A stretch of 64,000 nt of DNA from an uncultured delta proteobacterium (GCA_963743305.1 CAVUPH010000022.1:1-64000), one strand, 5' to 3'; positions 32,368 to 44,673 are shown, counted from the stretch's first letter. The notes: a model not told the origin generated them from the sequence alone. A program made the numbers and translations.

Positions 32368-33483
32368 TCATTGGTCCCCTTCCCACCGAGTAGCGACGAT
32401 ACCCAGGATGAAGACCACGGCCGCGAAACCCCCTATGATCGCGGCGTAACGCAGCGCGGCCAGGTGGTCGACCAATACCATGGAGGCCCGGAGTCCCTCG
32501 TTGACGTAGTACAGAGGCAGTGTCCTGGCGAGGGTCTGCAGGAAGCCCGGCATCATCTCGATGGGGAAGAAGCTCCCCGAGAGGAACATCATCGGGAACA
32601 TGATGGCGTTGGCGGCGGCGGCGGCACTCTGCGCCTCCCTCACGAAGCGGGTGAGTATCATCCCGATTCCGACGAAGGCGAAGACGTCAAGCACAATGAA
32701 TACCGGGAGCCAGGCGTTTATCCGCAGACTGACGTTAAACACGGCATAGCTCACCAGCAGCATGGCTACCGTCGATAGGACCGCTAGTATGAATTGGTAC
32801 AGCATGTTCGACAGTACCCAGTCCGTACGGGTAATGGGCGTAGTGGATAGCTTGCGGATGACGCCCTTCTGCCGCAGTTCCGTGTTCACGTTCACCGTCC
32901 CGAAAAGGCTCGCGGTCATCACCGCCATCGCAATGATGCCGGGGATGAAGAACTCGATGAACCGATACTTCTGGCTGAGTATCGAGGTCTCGGCCGTTTT
33001 GATGAAAGGAGACTTCCCGGAGAGCTCCTGGTTGATATAGGCGAACACCGCGTTCAGAATTTGCATCTTCATGGGCACCGAAGCGACGCTGGGGTCGTAA
33101 AGATACCGCAGGGTCACGGAGGCGTTAGAGGCGTCGTAGGCCATACTCTGGTCGAGGGATTTTTCGTACTCTTTGGGAATGATGAGCACCAGGTTCAGCT
33201 TGTTCTTCTGGGCGTACTCCCGGGCGATGATGGCGGGATCGATGTGGGTTATCTGAAACTTGCCGCTGAGTCTGAGGGTCTCGACCAGATGCCGCGAGGC
33301 CTTGGTCTGGTCGAGGTCCTGCACGTAAAGGTTGAAGCGGACGTTGTCCTGGTCCTTGAAAATAGTGCCGAAGACGAGTATCAGGAGGATCGGGAAGGCA
33401 ATCGTGAAGAACATGGCGGTCTTCTCGCGGTAGAAGCTCTTGACGCTCACGACGAGATTGGCGCCGACGACTCGCAGGGTCAT
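32368..33483 (-). CDS. ABC-2 type transporter permease
   Basis: FFIPGIIAM, PMMFLSGSFFP, LPLYY. Confidence 0.9.
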   Translation of the reverse strand: MTLRVVGANLVVSVKSFYREKTAMFFTIAFPILLILVFGTIFKDQDNVRFNLYVQDLDQTKASRHLVETLRLSGKFQITHIDPAIIAREYAQKNKLNLVLIIPKEYEKSLDQSMAYDASNASVTLRYLYDPSVASVPMKMQILNAVFAYINQELSGKSPFIKTAETSILSQKYRFIEFFIPGIIAMAVMTASLFGTVNVNTELRQKGVIRKLSTTPITRTDWVLSNMLYQFILAVLSTVAMLLVSYAVFNVSLRINAWLPVFIVLDVFAFVGIGMILTRFVREAQSAAAAANAIMFPMMFLSGSFFPIEMMPGFLQTLARTLPLYYVNEGLRASMVLVDHLAALRYAAIIGGFAAVVFILGIVATRWEGDQ

Positions 33484-34433
33484 TCCGCCTCCCTTCTCCC
33501 GGCGAGACCTTCGCGGGGCGCCTCGCCGGTGAGCTTGAGGAAGACTTCTTCGAGGTTGGGCCTGCGAACGTCCAGGCCGCGCAGCGACGTCCCGGTTTCC
33601 CTGATGGTCTTCAGTATCTTCTCGACGTCGTCCGGGTGCTCCACTCTGACCTTGAGGTCTTGGTGGTGGTCCAGTACCGGCTCGAAGCCCATATTTCGGA
33701 CGGTTTCCAAGGCTTTTTTATCGGCGGACTGCAGCGTCAGAACCAGGTAATTCAGGCGGCCTTCGATGAGCGCCCCGGGAGAGCCCAGGGCGATGATCCT
33801 TCCTTTCGAGATGATGGCCACCGTGTCGGCCAGGAGCTCCGCCTCTTCCATGTAATGCGTGGTCAGGAAGACGGTCTTCCCCTTCTTCTTCAGGTCCAGC
33901 AGGATTTCCCAGACCTCTCGCCTGGCGCGGGGATCGAGCCCCGTCGTCGGCTCGTCGAGGAAAACGACCTCGGGGTCGTTGACGAGGGCAATCGCGATTC
34001 CGAGGCGCTGTTTCAAGCCCCCGGAGAGGTTCTGATACTGCTCCCGGGTCTTTTCCTTTAGCTTGACGAGTTCTATCAGCCCGTCGATGTCGATGTTCTT
34101 GCAGCAAAAAAGCCGCGAGTAGTACTGCAGGGTCTCTCGGACCGTTATCCTGTCGAACGAGCTGAACCCCTGCGGGAGGACGCCGATGCGGGGGACGATG
34201 TCGTGTTTCTTCTTGGTGACGTCCATTCCCAGAAGGGTCACTTTCCCGGACGTGGGCCTGCGGATGGTGTCGACGATCTCGACGGTCGTGGTCTTGCCGG
34301 CGCCGTTCGGGCCCAGCAGGGCGAAAACCTCGCCTTCCCTGACGTGGAACGATATATCGTTGACCGCCAATAAATCCCCGTAGCGCTTCGTCAGGTTCTC
34401 GACTTCGATGGTATATTCCGCTTCTTTCGTCAT
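33480..34433 (-). CDS. ABC transporter ATP-binding protein
   Basis: GPNGAGKT, LSGG, FLDEPTTGLD, TTHYMEEA. Confidence 0.95.
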   Translation of the reverse strand: MTKEAEYTIEVENLTKRYGDLLAVNDISFHVREGEVFALLGPNGAGKTTTVEIVDTIRRPTSGKVTLLGMDVTKKKHDIVPRIGVLPQGFSSFDRITVRETLQYYSRLFCCKNIDIDGLIELVKLKEKTREQYQNLSGGLKQRLGIAIALVNDPEVVFLDEPTTGLDPRARREVWEILLDLKKKGKTVFLTTHYMEEAELLADTVAIISKGRIIALGSPGALIEGRLNYLVLTLQSADKKALETVRNMGFEPVLDHHQDLKVRVEHPDDVEKILKTIRETGTSLRGLDVRRPNLEEVFLKLTGEAPREGLAGRREAE

Positions 34434-34487
34434 GGTTCGATATCGGGTCTCTCTAGGGCCTGGTATTAAAACGTCCCCGCCGGCGTC

Positions 34488-35243
34488 TCAGCGATGGCGC
34501 CGGTTCAAGAGGGCGATGGACAGCCACCCCTTCGCCCGGGGAAGTGAACGTACCCGCAGGGACCGGTCGGCAGCCCGGGGAAACCGTTCCAGGGCTTTTC
34601 CCGATAAGCCCACCGGAAAGATGTACCCGCCGTCCCCCCCGACCGTCTCCCCGGCCGACAGATAGACGGTGATTTGGCGCGGATCCAGGAGATGAAAGGC
34701 ACATCCCAGGGCTTTGACCACGGCTTCCTTGATAGACCAGAGCAGTGCCCCGGCCTCTTCCCACGCTCCGTCCGCCACCCTCAAGGCCTGTTGAAGTTCT
34801 TGTGGCTGGAAGACCCGCTGGAAGGGGTATTCTCCTTGGAATTCATCGCACCCGGCCACATCGATGCCGATAGACGATTCATCTCCGCAGAGAGCGGCCC
34901 AGAGTTTTCCCCCACCCTCGCTGAAGGAGACGGACGGACCCCGATATTCCCCTAAGAGGAGATAGGGTCGGCCAAGCAGGCCGCATGCCACCTGAATCGG
35001 CCAACCAGTTCCGTTGGAGACTTGACAGCGTTTCCAAAGAGGACTTTCTCTAGTCACCGTATGGTCCCACAGGGCGGAGACAAGGCGGTGCTTGTCCTCC
35101 GCCCCGTTCGTCCCACACCCTTCGCGCGTTTTGTCGGCGCCTACCCTCCCATAGGGTAAAGAGGCATAGAAAACGGGTCCCCCTCCCGGAGCGAAAGGCA
35201 CGGACTGAACGGTTAATCCTTGGCAATCCTCGGCCAGATCCAT
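34488..35243 (-). CDS. 4'-phosphopantetheinyl transferase (Sfp-type)
   Basis: GRPYL, IGIDV, WSIKEAVVKALG. Confidence 0.8.
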   Translation of the reverse strand: MDLAEDCQGLTVQSVPFAPGGGPVFYASLPYGRVGADKTREGCGTNGAEDKHRLVSALWDHTVTRESPLWKRCQVSNGTGWPIQVACGLLGRPYLLLGEYRGPSVSFSEGGGKLWAALCGDESSIGIDVAGCDEFQGEYPFQRVFQPQELQQALRVADGAWEEAGALLWSIKEAVVKALGCAFHLLDPRQITVYLSAGETVGGDGGYIFPVGLSGKALERFPRAADRSLRVRSLPRAKGWLSIALLNRRHR

Positions 35244-35285
35244 TCCCCTCTTTCTCGACCTGTGCTTCTTTCGATTTCTGAAGGC

Positions 35286-38200
35286 TCAGTCCGAAATCCA
35301 GTGCATCCGCAACCCATGAATCTGCATGAGAATGCGGCCCTCGTCGTCAACCCCTCTGGCGTCCCAGGAGGAGCCTTCGTCGTCCTGCGCCCGTCTGCGG
35401 GCTTCCAGGGTGATCTGTTCCCCTGCCCGGCATTTTCGCCGGAACCGCATCTCTCCGATCTCCATGGGAATCAACAATCGCCGCTCCGCCGGGTCCGTGG
35501 CCGCGAGGTGGAAGCCGACCAACTGCAAAAGGGCCTCGAAAAGGTAGGGAGCGTATTGGTACCGGGCGTTCCGCAGATGGGCGAAATCACGTGTCTCCCG
35601 GTAGGTGGTTCGGCCCCGCACCACCCCGGGACCTGCACCGTCAAGGAACTCCATCACGCGATACCGGCCTTCGAGGCCGCTGCGGTTTTTGTACCATTTA
35701 AGCACCTTCTTCTGATTCATGGGCTTCGTCCGCAGTTCGTCCGGCCGGACAGGAAAATCCGGCAACTCCTCCCCGAGAAATCCTCCCCCGTCATCCCCGC
35801 CATCAAGGATCACGTAACCTTGGCTGCGCGGGGTGAAGCGGTCGGTCAATCTCCCGGCGAGGGAGATCTCCTCTGTGGCCAGAGAGATCTCGCACCAGAC
35901 CTCTCGAAGGCCGTTGTCGACCCGACGGCAGGAGACCCTGGAAGGCCGTGGAACCCCGAGAGGACAGGGGATCATGTCCAGTAGCCGCACCCGACGAACT
36001 CCTCGCACCTGCAGGTGGGGATACAGGATCCGGGCGGCTTCCATGAAGGTCTCCACCACCATGGCGGCTGAGACCAAAGGATGCTTGATGAACTTGAAAG
36101 GTCGGTGATCCGCGATCCAAAGATCCTTCTCCAGGGAAAAGGATCTCAGGGCCACCAGCTCTTCCCGACGGAGGTCCAGGCCAGAGATCCTTTCTATCAG
36201 GGGGAAGTCCTCGGGGCTGAAGGACACGGCGCCTCCCTCCAGTTCTCCACCGGGCGCAGAACGGACGGTATCATTGAGCCGTGACGTCCTCACGGCGGGC
36301 AGTCTCCTCATGAACATCACCCAATCGTCGTCGGCCGGGGCGACAAAGAGCTCCCGGCAGAATAACCCCGCCAGCTCATTGACCTGGATGTAGGCCACGC
36401 CTTTCCGCTTCATCAACTCCCGGACCTCCGGATCCTCGGCCATGCCCGTCCCCTCGACCGGGGGCAGCATCAAAGCCTTGAACCGGATGGCGCCGTTTTT
36501 CCGGTGGAGGGCTCTGAGGTAACGCCGACATCATCCGGTTGGCGGCGGCGTAGTTGGCCTGGCCGGGATTCCCCTGGATGGCGGCCGCCGAAGAGAGGCC
36601 CACGAAAAACCTCAACCCGGCCCCCTCCGCAGCCGAGAATAGGTTCCAGGCCCCAAGGAATTTAACGTCCGTGACCAGGGAGAAATCATCCGCGGTCATT
36701 TGGCTGAAGAGCCCGTCCCTGAGGACTCCGGCGCCGTGAATGATCCCGTCGATCTTGCCGTAACGGCCGATCACCTCGCCCAGGATCGCGCGGACCTCCT
36801 CGGGGTCGGTCACGTCGCAGGAGTGGTAGGTGGCCTCGATCCCTGAAGCGTGTAAGTCCGCCAGGGTCCGGGCGATCTCCGTCGCCCGGTGGTTGAAGGG
36901 AAACGCCGCGGCCGGCGCAGGTTCGGGTGGCCGCTGTTCGGGCCGGAGGCCTGGATTCGAGAGGGGTCCTCCCTAGAAAGACGAGGCGGGGCCCGAAAGG
37001 CGCCAGGCAGCGGGCCAGGTGGGCGCTGATCCCGGTTGCGCCCCCGGACATGACGACGACGTCTCCAGCGCTCAGCTTCAGGCCGGACGAATCCCCGAAG
37101 ACCGACGGGGCTAAGCGCCCCTCCGAAGTGAAGACCTTTCCCTCGCGATAAATGATCTCCACCACGGTGCGACCTCTATCCAGAGCGGCGCGTAGCGCGT
37201 TGCCCAGGTCGGTATCCCTGCCGATTTCCATTGTGCGAAACTGGACCGAGGGGTATTCCTGCGCTGCGCTTAAGAATAGTCCGAGCATCCCTTCCATCAG
37301 CAATCGAACCGGAGTTTCAGCATCCTCCCGGGAATGGATCAGCATCACGAATTTCTTGGACGGTGATTGCAGAAAGGCCTGCAGGAGGAGAAAAAGTCCC
37401 CTAAGCAGCCGCGAAACATCCGCCAGGCTGCTTGACTTTCCCGGCCCGCCTTGGGGTAAGGTGATGACCATCCCAGCAAAGGGCGAAAGGTTGGATAGCC
37501 GCTCTACAGCCCTGGAGGACCCTTCATCGGTTCGAAGGTCGTGGCCCTCAACGCCCTGACCCCAATCCCCTTGACTGAATAGCATGGGAAACGGTTCAAC
37601 CCCGTACTCCAGCCGGAGGATATCCCTTGCCCTTCCGGCAAGCCCGTCATCCGCGTCGGACGAGAGAAACAGGACCGACTCGCCCGGGCTCAATTCCACG
37701 GGAATAGAGCCCGCCGACTCCACCTGGGCCCGGTTGAAAACGAGCCGTTTCAAGCTTTCCTCCGCTGAAGTCTTCCGGATTTCATCCCCTACCGGGCTGG
37801 AGTCAACAGCCTTGGTGACCGGTTGCAGACCGGGGACTCCCTGCCTGGCGATGACCTTGGAAATTCTCTGGGCGACGTCTTTTACCGTACGGACGCCGAT
37901 AAAATCCTCCAGTTCGATAGTGATCCCGAATTGGCGTTCCGCGGCATCCATGATGATGGGGAGACGGCTGGATCGGATGGAGAGGTCCCTGCGGAGATCC
38001 ATTTCGGGTTGGATCTCGTCCCTATTGAATCCGGTAGCCTCCATGATGATCCGAATTAGCCTCTCCATAAGCTCTTGGCCCTCAGGCGCCTCTTCGGGGG
38101 CAGGTGGGGCCTTGTCCCGGGAATAGCCGGCCAGGGGCGGAATCCCCTTACGAGAAGGGGAGAGGCCGGTTTGGAGGCCCTGCGAATCATGATCGACTCT

Positions 38201-41200
38201 TAATCCGTCAGCATTGCCGGCAGGTGTTTCCTTCCGGCCCTCAGTGGACCGGAACCCACCAGCATGGATTTGATAACGGATAAGAGATCGCCTTCTTGGA
38301 AGGTGGGGTCAAGTTCCTGGCGGATGGCTTTCAGGATGTTGGGCTTAAGGAGGCCTCCGAAGGTCTCTATCACGAATCGATTGATTTCCCTTTGAATGAT
38401 CCTCTCCGCCGGGTTGGAACCTGCCGGCCCGGGTTCCGACGTTTGTGCCGCGGGTGCCGGAGCGATCTGGTGCGATTCCGGAGTTTTTTTGGATGCCGAG
38501 AGGGAAACAAATCTTGGTTCCCCTTCAATCTTCAGATGACCTTGAACGAAGAGCTGAGCCAGAGCGGTCTTGTAGGTCAGACCCTCTGCGGAGGGAAAGC
38601 TCGTCTGGATGCCTGCCGATTCAGGAAGCGTCTCGGCGATGAGATTGCTTAATGTTTCGCCGGGTCCCACCTCCACGAAGAGCCGGACTCCGTAGTCATT
38701 CCAAAGGGTCTGGACATTATTCATCCACTGGACGGGTGATTCCAGGTGGGCCATGAGGATTCGCCTGATCTCATCGGGATCCGACGGATACGGCGCCCTG
38801 GTCGTGTTGGAGATGACGGGAATCTGCGGGGAATGAAAGGGAATGGAGGCAATGTAGGCCGCGAGCTCCTCATGGATGACCTTCATGATCGGCGAGTGGA
38901 AGGCCATGCTGACCCGCAAGAGGGTGGCCCGGTGACCCATTTCTTTGAATCGTTTGCACAGATCCTTGACGGCCTCGGTGTTGCCGCTCAGAACGATCTG
39001 GTGCGGTGAATTGATATTGCCGATGTGGACATCGTCCCGCCCCTGGATCATCTCCTTCAGCAGCTCCGGGGGGACGTCCACAGCCGCCATGACGCCGGGG
39101 TCCAGGTGCAGGCCGGCGGCCTTGTCCATGCAGAGGGCCCGCTTGTTCACGATTCGAAACCCGTCCTCCGGGGAATAGACACCGGCCAGGCCTAAGGCGG
39201 TCAACTCGCCCAAACTATGGCCGGCCATGGCCACGGGCTGGATGCCCAGGGTCATGAGGTGTCGAGCCATGGCCTGTTCCATGGTAAACAGGGCCGGTTG
39301 CTGCCACCGGGTCTTCTGAAGGTCCTCCTCCCGATCGTGGAACAATAAGTGGAGGAGATCGAAGTCCGCTACGGCCGCGGTCCGATCCATCCACTCCCTG
39401 ATGACGGGAAAGGACTCGTAGAGCTCCTGACCCATTCCCGCGTACTGGGACCCCTGTCCGGGAAATACCAAGGCCAGCGGCCGGGCCGGCAAATCCTCGC
39501 GGCTCATGAAAATTCCCTGCTGCGCCAGGGACCTCGAGGCCCGGGGTGAGGCCATTCCGGATTCGGCCAGGGACGCCGACCGTTCGATGATCGTGAGCGC
39601 CTCCTCTTCGGATGGCGCCACGACGGCCATCCGGCAGGTCCGGCCGTCCATCTCGGTCCGGAAGAAAGAGACGCCCTGGAGTGTTGGAGAGCCACCCCCT
39701 TTCTGCCGATCGAGACCGGGCTCTCGGCCCGGTGAGACCAGGATCGTATCCACCTCATTCAGAGCCTGCTCCACCTGCACCACGTAGTTGGAACCTCCAA
39801 ACCCGAAGGCGTTGACTTGAAGCCTTCTCGGCTCGCCGGCCCGGCCCTTCCAGTCCAGCGGCTCCGGGGTAATGAGGAGACCCGAACCTTCCAGGTCGAT
39901 TTCCGGGTCTGGATGCCTATAATTGAGGGTGGAGGAAAAATCCCCGCCTGCATGGCCGTGACTCCTCGAATGAGGTTATTGAGGCCCGAGGCGCCCAGGG
40001 TGTGTCCGATCTGGGATTTGAATGAGGTGATCACGGTGCGCTTGGAGGAAGGGAAGACGGCCTTCAGTGCCCGGGCCTCCTCCACGTCTCCTTGCCGGGT
40101 GCTCGTGGCATGGCATTCCACCAGGTCCACGGCCTCGGGCCCATAGGGTGTCTCTCGGAAAGAGTTGCGGATGGCCATCTGCTGGGTGACGTTGGAGGAC
40201 TCCACCATGCCCAGATGGTTGTTGCTCGCTCCCATGCCGGTCACGACGGCGTGGACACGCGCCCCTCTGGCGCGGGCCAGGCTTTCCCGCTCGATGACGA
40301 TCATTCCCCCGCCCTCGCCGAGGACCATCCCGTCTCTTTCCGCATCGAAGGGGCGAGAGGTCTCCTGAGCGGGTCTTTCCTTTCCGGACAGCCCGTACAG
40401 TGCGCCCAACGCGGAGAATTCCAGAAAATGCAAGTGGGTGAGATTGTCTTCACCCCCCCCGACGATAGCGGCATCGAGGATGCCGTTCCGGATCATCTGG
40501 ATGGCGCTGTAAAGGGCGACCAACGAGGTCGCGCAGGCCGCGGAGACCGCATAGCTGGGGCCCATGAACCCATACCGGTTGCAGATGAAGCCGGCCGCCG
40601 CGCAGTTGAGCCGGCCCAAAAGGGTGGTGTCATCCGGGGCCAGGCGTCCGGACTTCACCGCTCGTTCGACGGCGCGCTCCTGCTCCGGCGTGAGGAATAA
40701 CGGCCTTTTGGACAGCGCCCAGGATATCATGAGCGTACTCCCTGATAATCATATTGGTGAGGGTCCCCGCCGCCTCCCCCGAGTTTTGGGAGATGAGGAC
40801 GCCGATTCGTTCGCGCGGGATGTCCGCATCCAGGATCCCGGAGGCCCGGATGGCCTTGTCCGCCAGCCACATGGTGATCCGGGTCGCCGCGGTCATGGTC
40901 CGGAAATCATGGGGAGGAATACCGAGTTCGGTGCGGGAGATAGGAAAGTCTACGAAGGCGCCTACCTGGCAGTAGGTCTTATCCGGAACCTGCGGCCGGG
41001 GATCATAAAAAAGCGCGTGGTTCCACCGCGAAGCCGGAACCACGGTAATCCCGCTCTTCAGGGCCAGGCTGGCCGCCCAGACTTCCTCCGGACTCTTCCC
41101 CAGGGCATTGAGCAGGCTCATCCCGGTGATGGCCACCCTATCAGGTTCGTCTCCGTCGGGGGTGATTCGCCTCAGCCTACGGCCGACCCCGGAGGATGAA

Positions 41201-43272
41201 GTTTCCGGGGTTTTTTCGATCGACCCCACCACGGGCTGCTGCAGCCGGAGAGGACCTTCGGCCAGCTCGCGGTGAAAGGAGAGCAGCGTCCGGACCTCGT
41301 GGATGAGCCCGGCGCAGGCCCCACTCATGAATTGCCCGCGTTCCAGAAAATCCCGCTCCTCCAGCGCTACCCCGCCCGGGCGGTCCAGGCCCCGGGCCGC
41401 CGTGAAAAGACTCCCCGCCGCCATCGCCTCCATCTTCGCCCGGAAAGCGGTTTCGTCCTGGTGACCCGCCGCAAACTCCCTCTCCAGCGATAAGATCGCT
41501 TCCACTCGGGGGGTCCGCAGGGACCGCACCCGAAGCCCCGTGGGCTGGCCCGTAACGGCCGTTCCCCCCGGGGGCGATTCCAGGACCATCCGCTGATACC
41601 GCGCGGTCAAGGCGCCTGTTTCAATGATCTCCCGGGTAGCCAGGTAGGCGCTGCCCATCTGGATGGCGTCCGCGCCCAGCATGGCGGCCAAGAAGGCGGT
41701 CTCCCGGTTAAAGATTCCCCCGGCCAGGATCAGGCGACCCTTTTGAAAGAGGGCGGGCTGGCGCCGCTTGAGATCCAGCAGGCTTTGAGCCAGGGTGAGC
41801 GTGCTATGCTGCCCCACGTGGCCGCCGGCCTCATAGCCCTCGCAGACCACGTACCGAACGCCGGCTTCCAGAGCGAGCCTCAACAGGGCCTCATCCGGGG
41901 CGATATAGATGACCTCCAGGCCACAGTCCAGCAATTCTCTTACGGGGGAGAGGTCGCCGCCGGCGATGACCACCAAAGGGGGTTTCTGTTTCTTAATCCA
42001 GGCCAGGTGCTCCTCCCGGAAGGGGTTTTCCACCAAAGAGACGACATTCACCGCATAAGGGCGCCCAGCCATGATCTCCGGCAGGCGTCCCAGCCTCCGC
42101 TCCAGGGCCTCCGCGCCCATCAGGCCCAGGGCGATGGTGGGCAATCCGCCGGCCTCGGCAACGCTTGAGGCAAATTCCGGGACATCGGTAATCCAGGACA
42201 TGGCGCCCTGGATAAAGGGGTATCGGGTCCCCAGCTCCCTGGCGGCCGGGCTGTCCAGAAAGCAATCCTTTTTGGCCCCGGCCAGGCGGCTGAGGTCACG
42301 AATTTCGTCCAGGAAGGCGTTCACGGCCTCCTCGGTTCCGGCCCCGAAACGCTCAACGAACGACGCCGCAAAGGCCGCTTCCACGCCCAGCGGGATGACC
42401 TCGTCCTGACCGAAATGGCTCTCCAGAGGATGGAGGGCCCTGGCCTGCACCTGGCTGACGAAGGAACGGCGGCTTTGCTCCGTGATCTTTGCGCTGGACA
42501 GCGAGTCCTCGAACGCTTTGATCTCCTTGAAGGCCAGGGAGTTTCCTTTGGTGAACAGGCGGCAGGGAACCTGCAGGGCCAGGCCCACCAGATCGGTGGA
42601 ATCCAGACGGAGGTTGGAGAGTCGCGGACGTTGAACCTCATCAAGGGCCACCAGATCCGTCAGCCAATGGACGCTCTCGAAAACGATCCCGGCGGCCCCG
42701 GTCGACAGGAAGGCCGCTGCCGCCTCCGGGGTGGCGACGCCTCCCCAGAGGATAATGTCGAGAGGCTTTGAGGGGGGGCGTTCCATGTCCTTGACCAGCG
42801 AATAGAGGGTCGTGGTCGTCTCTCCGCTCACGAAGCCAGAGGCCTCGCACCCTTTCAGGACGATGCGCCCGAGGCCCGCGCTATCCTTCAGGATCGTTGC
42901 CAGGAGATCCAGGTCAGCGATGATTGGAAAGCAACGGTGGTCATCCGACAATTCCCTCAACCGCTGCAGCCAGCGGGAAGGATCGCCTTGAAAAAACCGG
43001 GGGTGGCACTCGACCCAGATGTCGTGGACCCCGGTTTCCTTTAATAACGGCCCCAAAGAGGGATCAAAGAAGGCAGAGACGGAAATCTTGATATCCCGGA
43101 CCTGGCCGGCGGGGGCCGCCTTTCGTAAGAAAGAACGTACCCTGTCCATCCCCATCCCGGAAAAATCGAAGACCGCCCGGCTTCCTGTCCGCCGGGCCAT
43201 TTGAAGCACGGCTGGGGTGATCTCCTCGGGCCGCCAGACGAAAGCGATGATAGCCAGTCGCTGCTCAGCCAC
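35286..43272 (-). CDS. Iterative type I FAS/PKS, ~2,660 aa: (FabK/NMO-like ER) x2 - KS - AT - ACP - KR - DH; split by about 5 frameshifts
   Basis: ER: PFIQGAM, EGYEAGGH, LAGGI..QMGS. KS: SAACATS, ECHATST, KSQIGH, VNAFGFGG. AT: FPGQGSQ, GHSLGE, MAFHS. ACP: DLSIRSS. KR: SGGATGI, GQANYAAAN. DH: IADHRP, FEALLQ. Shifts near 40700, 39930, 38230, 36900 and 36520. Confidence 0.85.
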
Positions 43273-43311
43273 TTAATCCGGTCCCTTTCGGCAAGGCGCG
43301 CCATTGCCCAG

Positions 43312-44439
43312 TTAAGACGATAATGCTTTTCTGAATAGGCGATATTTCTTGCATGTTTTTGCGCCGGTTTCCTCTATCAGGGAGTTGATCGACTCGTTGT
43401 CTTCCAGGGTCCAGCCCAACTCCAGATAATGATATTTCTCTTTCTTCCTCACCACCTCAAATATGTGGTGGAAGGCTAACAGGGGGAGTCCCAGTTGCTG
43501 GTACTTCTCCTTAACCCCGAAGATCAGGCACCTCAATCCCCTGATCTCCCGCCGATACCTGAGGAACTTCAGCAAACCCAGCAGCCCGACCCGTCCGTTC
43601 AAACGCTTGAGTAACGGGTTGATGTCGGGAAAGATCACGCAGGCCGCTGCGGGCTCATTCTCATAATAAATGAAGAAGACCAAGTCCGGATCCACGAATT
43701 TCATCACGTTCTTTTGAATGTCCCGCATCTCCCGATCGCTTAAGGGGACGAAACCCCAGTTGCCCGACCAGGAGGCATTGTAGATCTCTCTGATCAGCGC
43801 GAACTCAGCGTCCACCTCCTTGGGGCGCGAGGGCCTGATGTGGACCCCTTTTTTTCGGGAAATCCGTTCCGCCAGACGATCCATCCACTCGGGAAGACGG
43901 TAATCGCCCTCTATCAAGAAGGCCAGCAGGTCCTTCTCTTTGGTGTAACCGCACGATTCTACCAACCCGGGGTAGTACGGCGGGTTGTACACCATCATTA
44001 AGGACGGCGGGTAATTGAATCCCTCGATGAGCAAGCCCACCTCGTAATTGGTGGATGGGTTGAGCGGGCCTCTCATGAAGGTCATCCCTTTTTGAAAAGC
44101 CCAGGTCTCTACGGAAGAGAAGAGGGCCGCCGCGGCCTCCGGATCGTCAACGCATTCAAAGAATCCCCAAATGCCCATCTTTTCGTCATGGAACCGGTTA
44201 TAATGGCGATCGATGATGCCCGCGATCCTTCCCACCGTCTCCGAACCGCGTCGGGCCAGAAAGAGGATGCGTTCGGAAAATTTCCAGAAAGGATGCTCAC
44301 CGGGGTCCAGCATCCGGCGAACCTCCCCCTTGAGGGGGGGGACCCAGTGGGGATACTCCGCATAGATCCTCCAGGGCAGGTCAATGAAGTCCTTTAGCTC
44401 CGACCCCCCTTCCGACGCAATGATCTCTAGGCCGTCCAT
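43312..44439 (-). CDS. Tandem-GNAT protein, bacterial ceramide synthase (bCerS)-like
   Basis: FIDLPWRIY..WVPPL, VGRIAG, GFFEC, RGPLNPS...GLLIEGF, YNPPYY, NWGFVP, PDIN, WTLEDN. This pattern matches the bCerS family, and spt lies in the same cluster. Confidence 0.7.
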   Translation of the reverse strand: MDGLEIIASEGGSELKDFIDLPWRIYAEYPHWVPPLKGEVRRMLDPGEHPFWKFSERILFLARRGSETVGRIAGIIDRHYNRFHDEKMGIWGFFECVDDPEAAAALFSSVETWAFQKGMTFMRGPLNPSTNYEVGLLIEGFNYPPSLMMVYNPPYYPGLVESCGYTKEKDLLAFLIEGDYRLPEWMDRLAERISRKKGVHIRPSRPKEVDAEFALIREIYNASWSGNWGFVPLSDREMRDIQKNVMKFVDPDLVFFIYYENEPAAACVIFPDINPLLKRLNGRVGLLGLLKFLRYRREIRGLRCLIFGVKEKYQQLGLPLLAFHHIFEVVRKKEKYHYLELGWTLEDNESINSLIEETGAKTCKKYRLFRKALSS

Positions 44440-44673
44440 AATCGTTATCTTTGAAAGGTTATCACCAAACCGTTACCGGTCGGCAGTTTCTCAGTCCCGA
44501 CGCAAAAAAAGCAAGGGAAGCCGCCAAGAGAAAAGTACTATAAATGGGGGGAAAAGGGAAGGTGAAATTGGGAGGAGATAGGCAGGAAGCAGCCGGGGTT
44601 CTGCAGAGCAAGGCAGCCACTTTCTGAATTTCAACAAGCGCGCCTGTTGCGGTTGATGCCTGGATTGGGCTGG

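Noticed and set aside
35286-43272. PKS as 5-6 separate genes or programmed frameshifts
   Set aside because: Breaks fall inside the KS and KR domains with no RBS or slippery-site pattern, consistent with sequence error.
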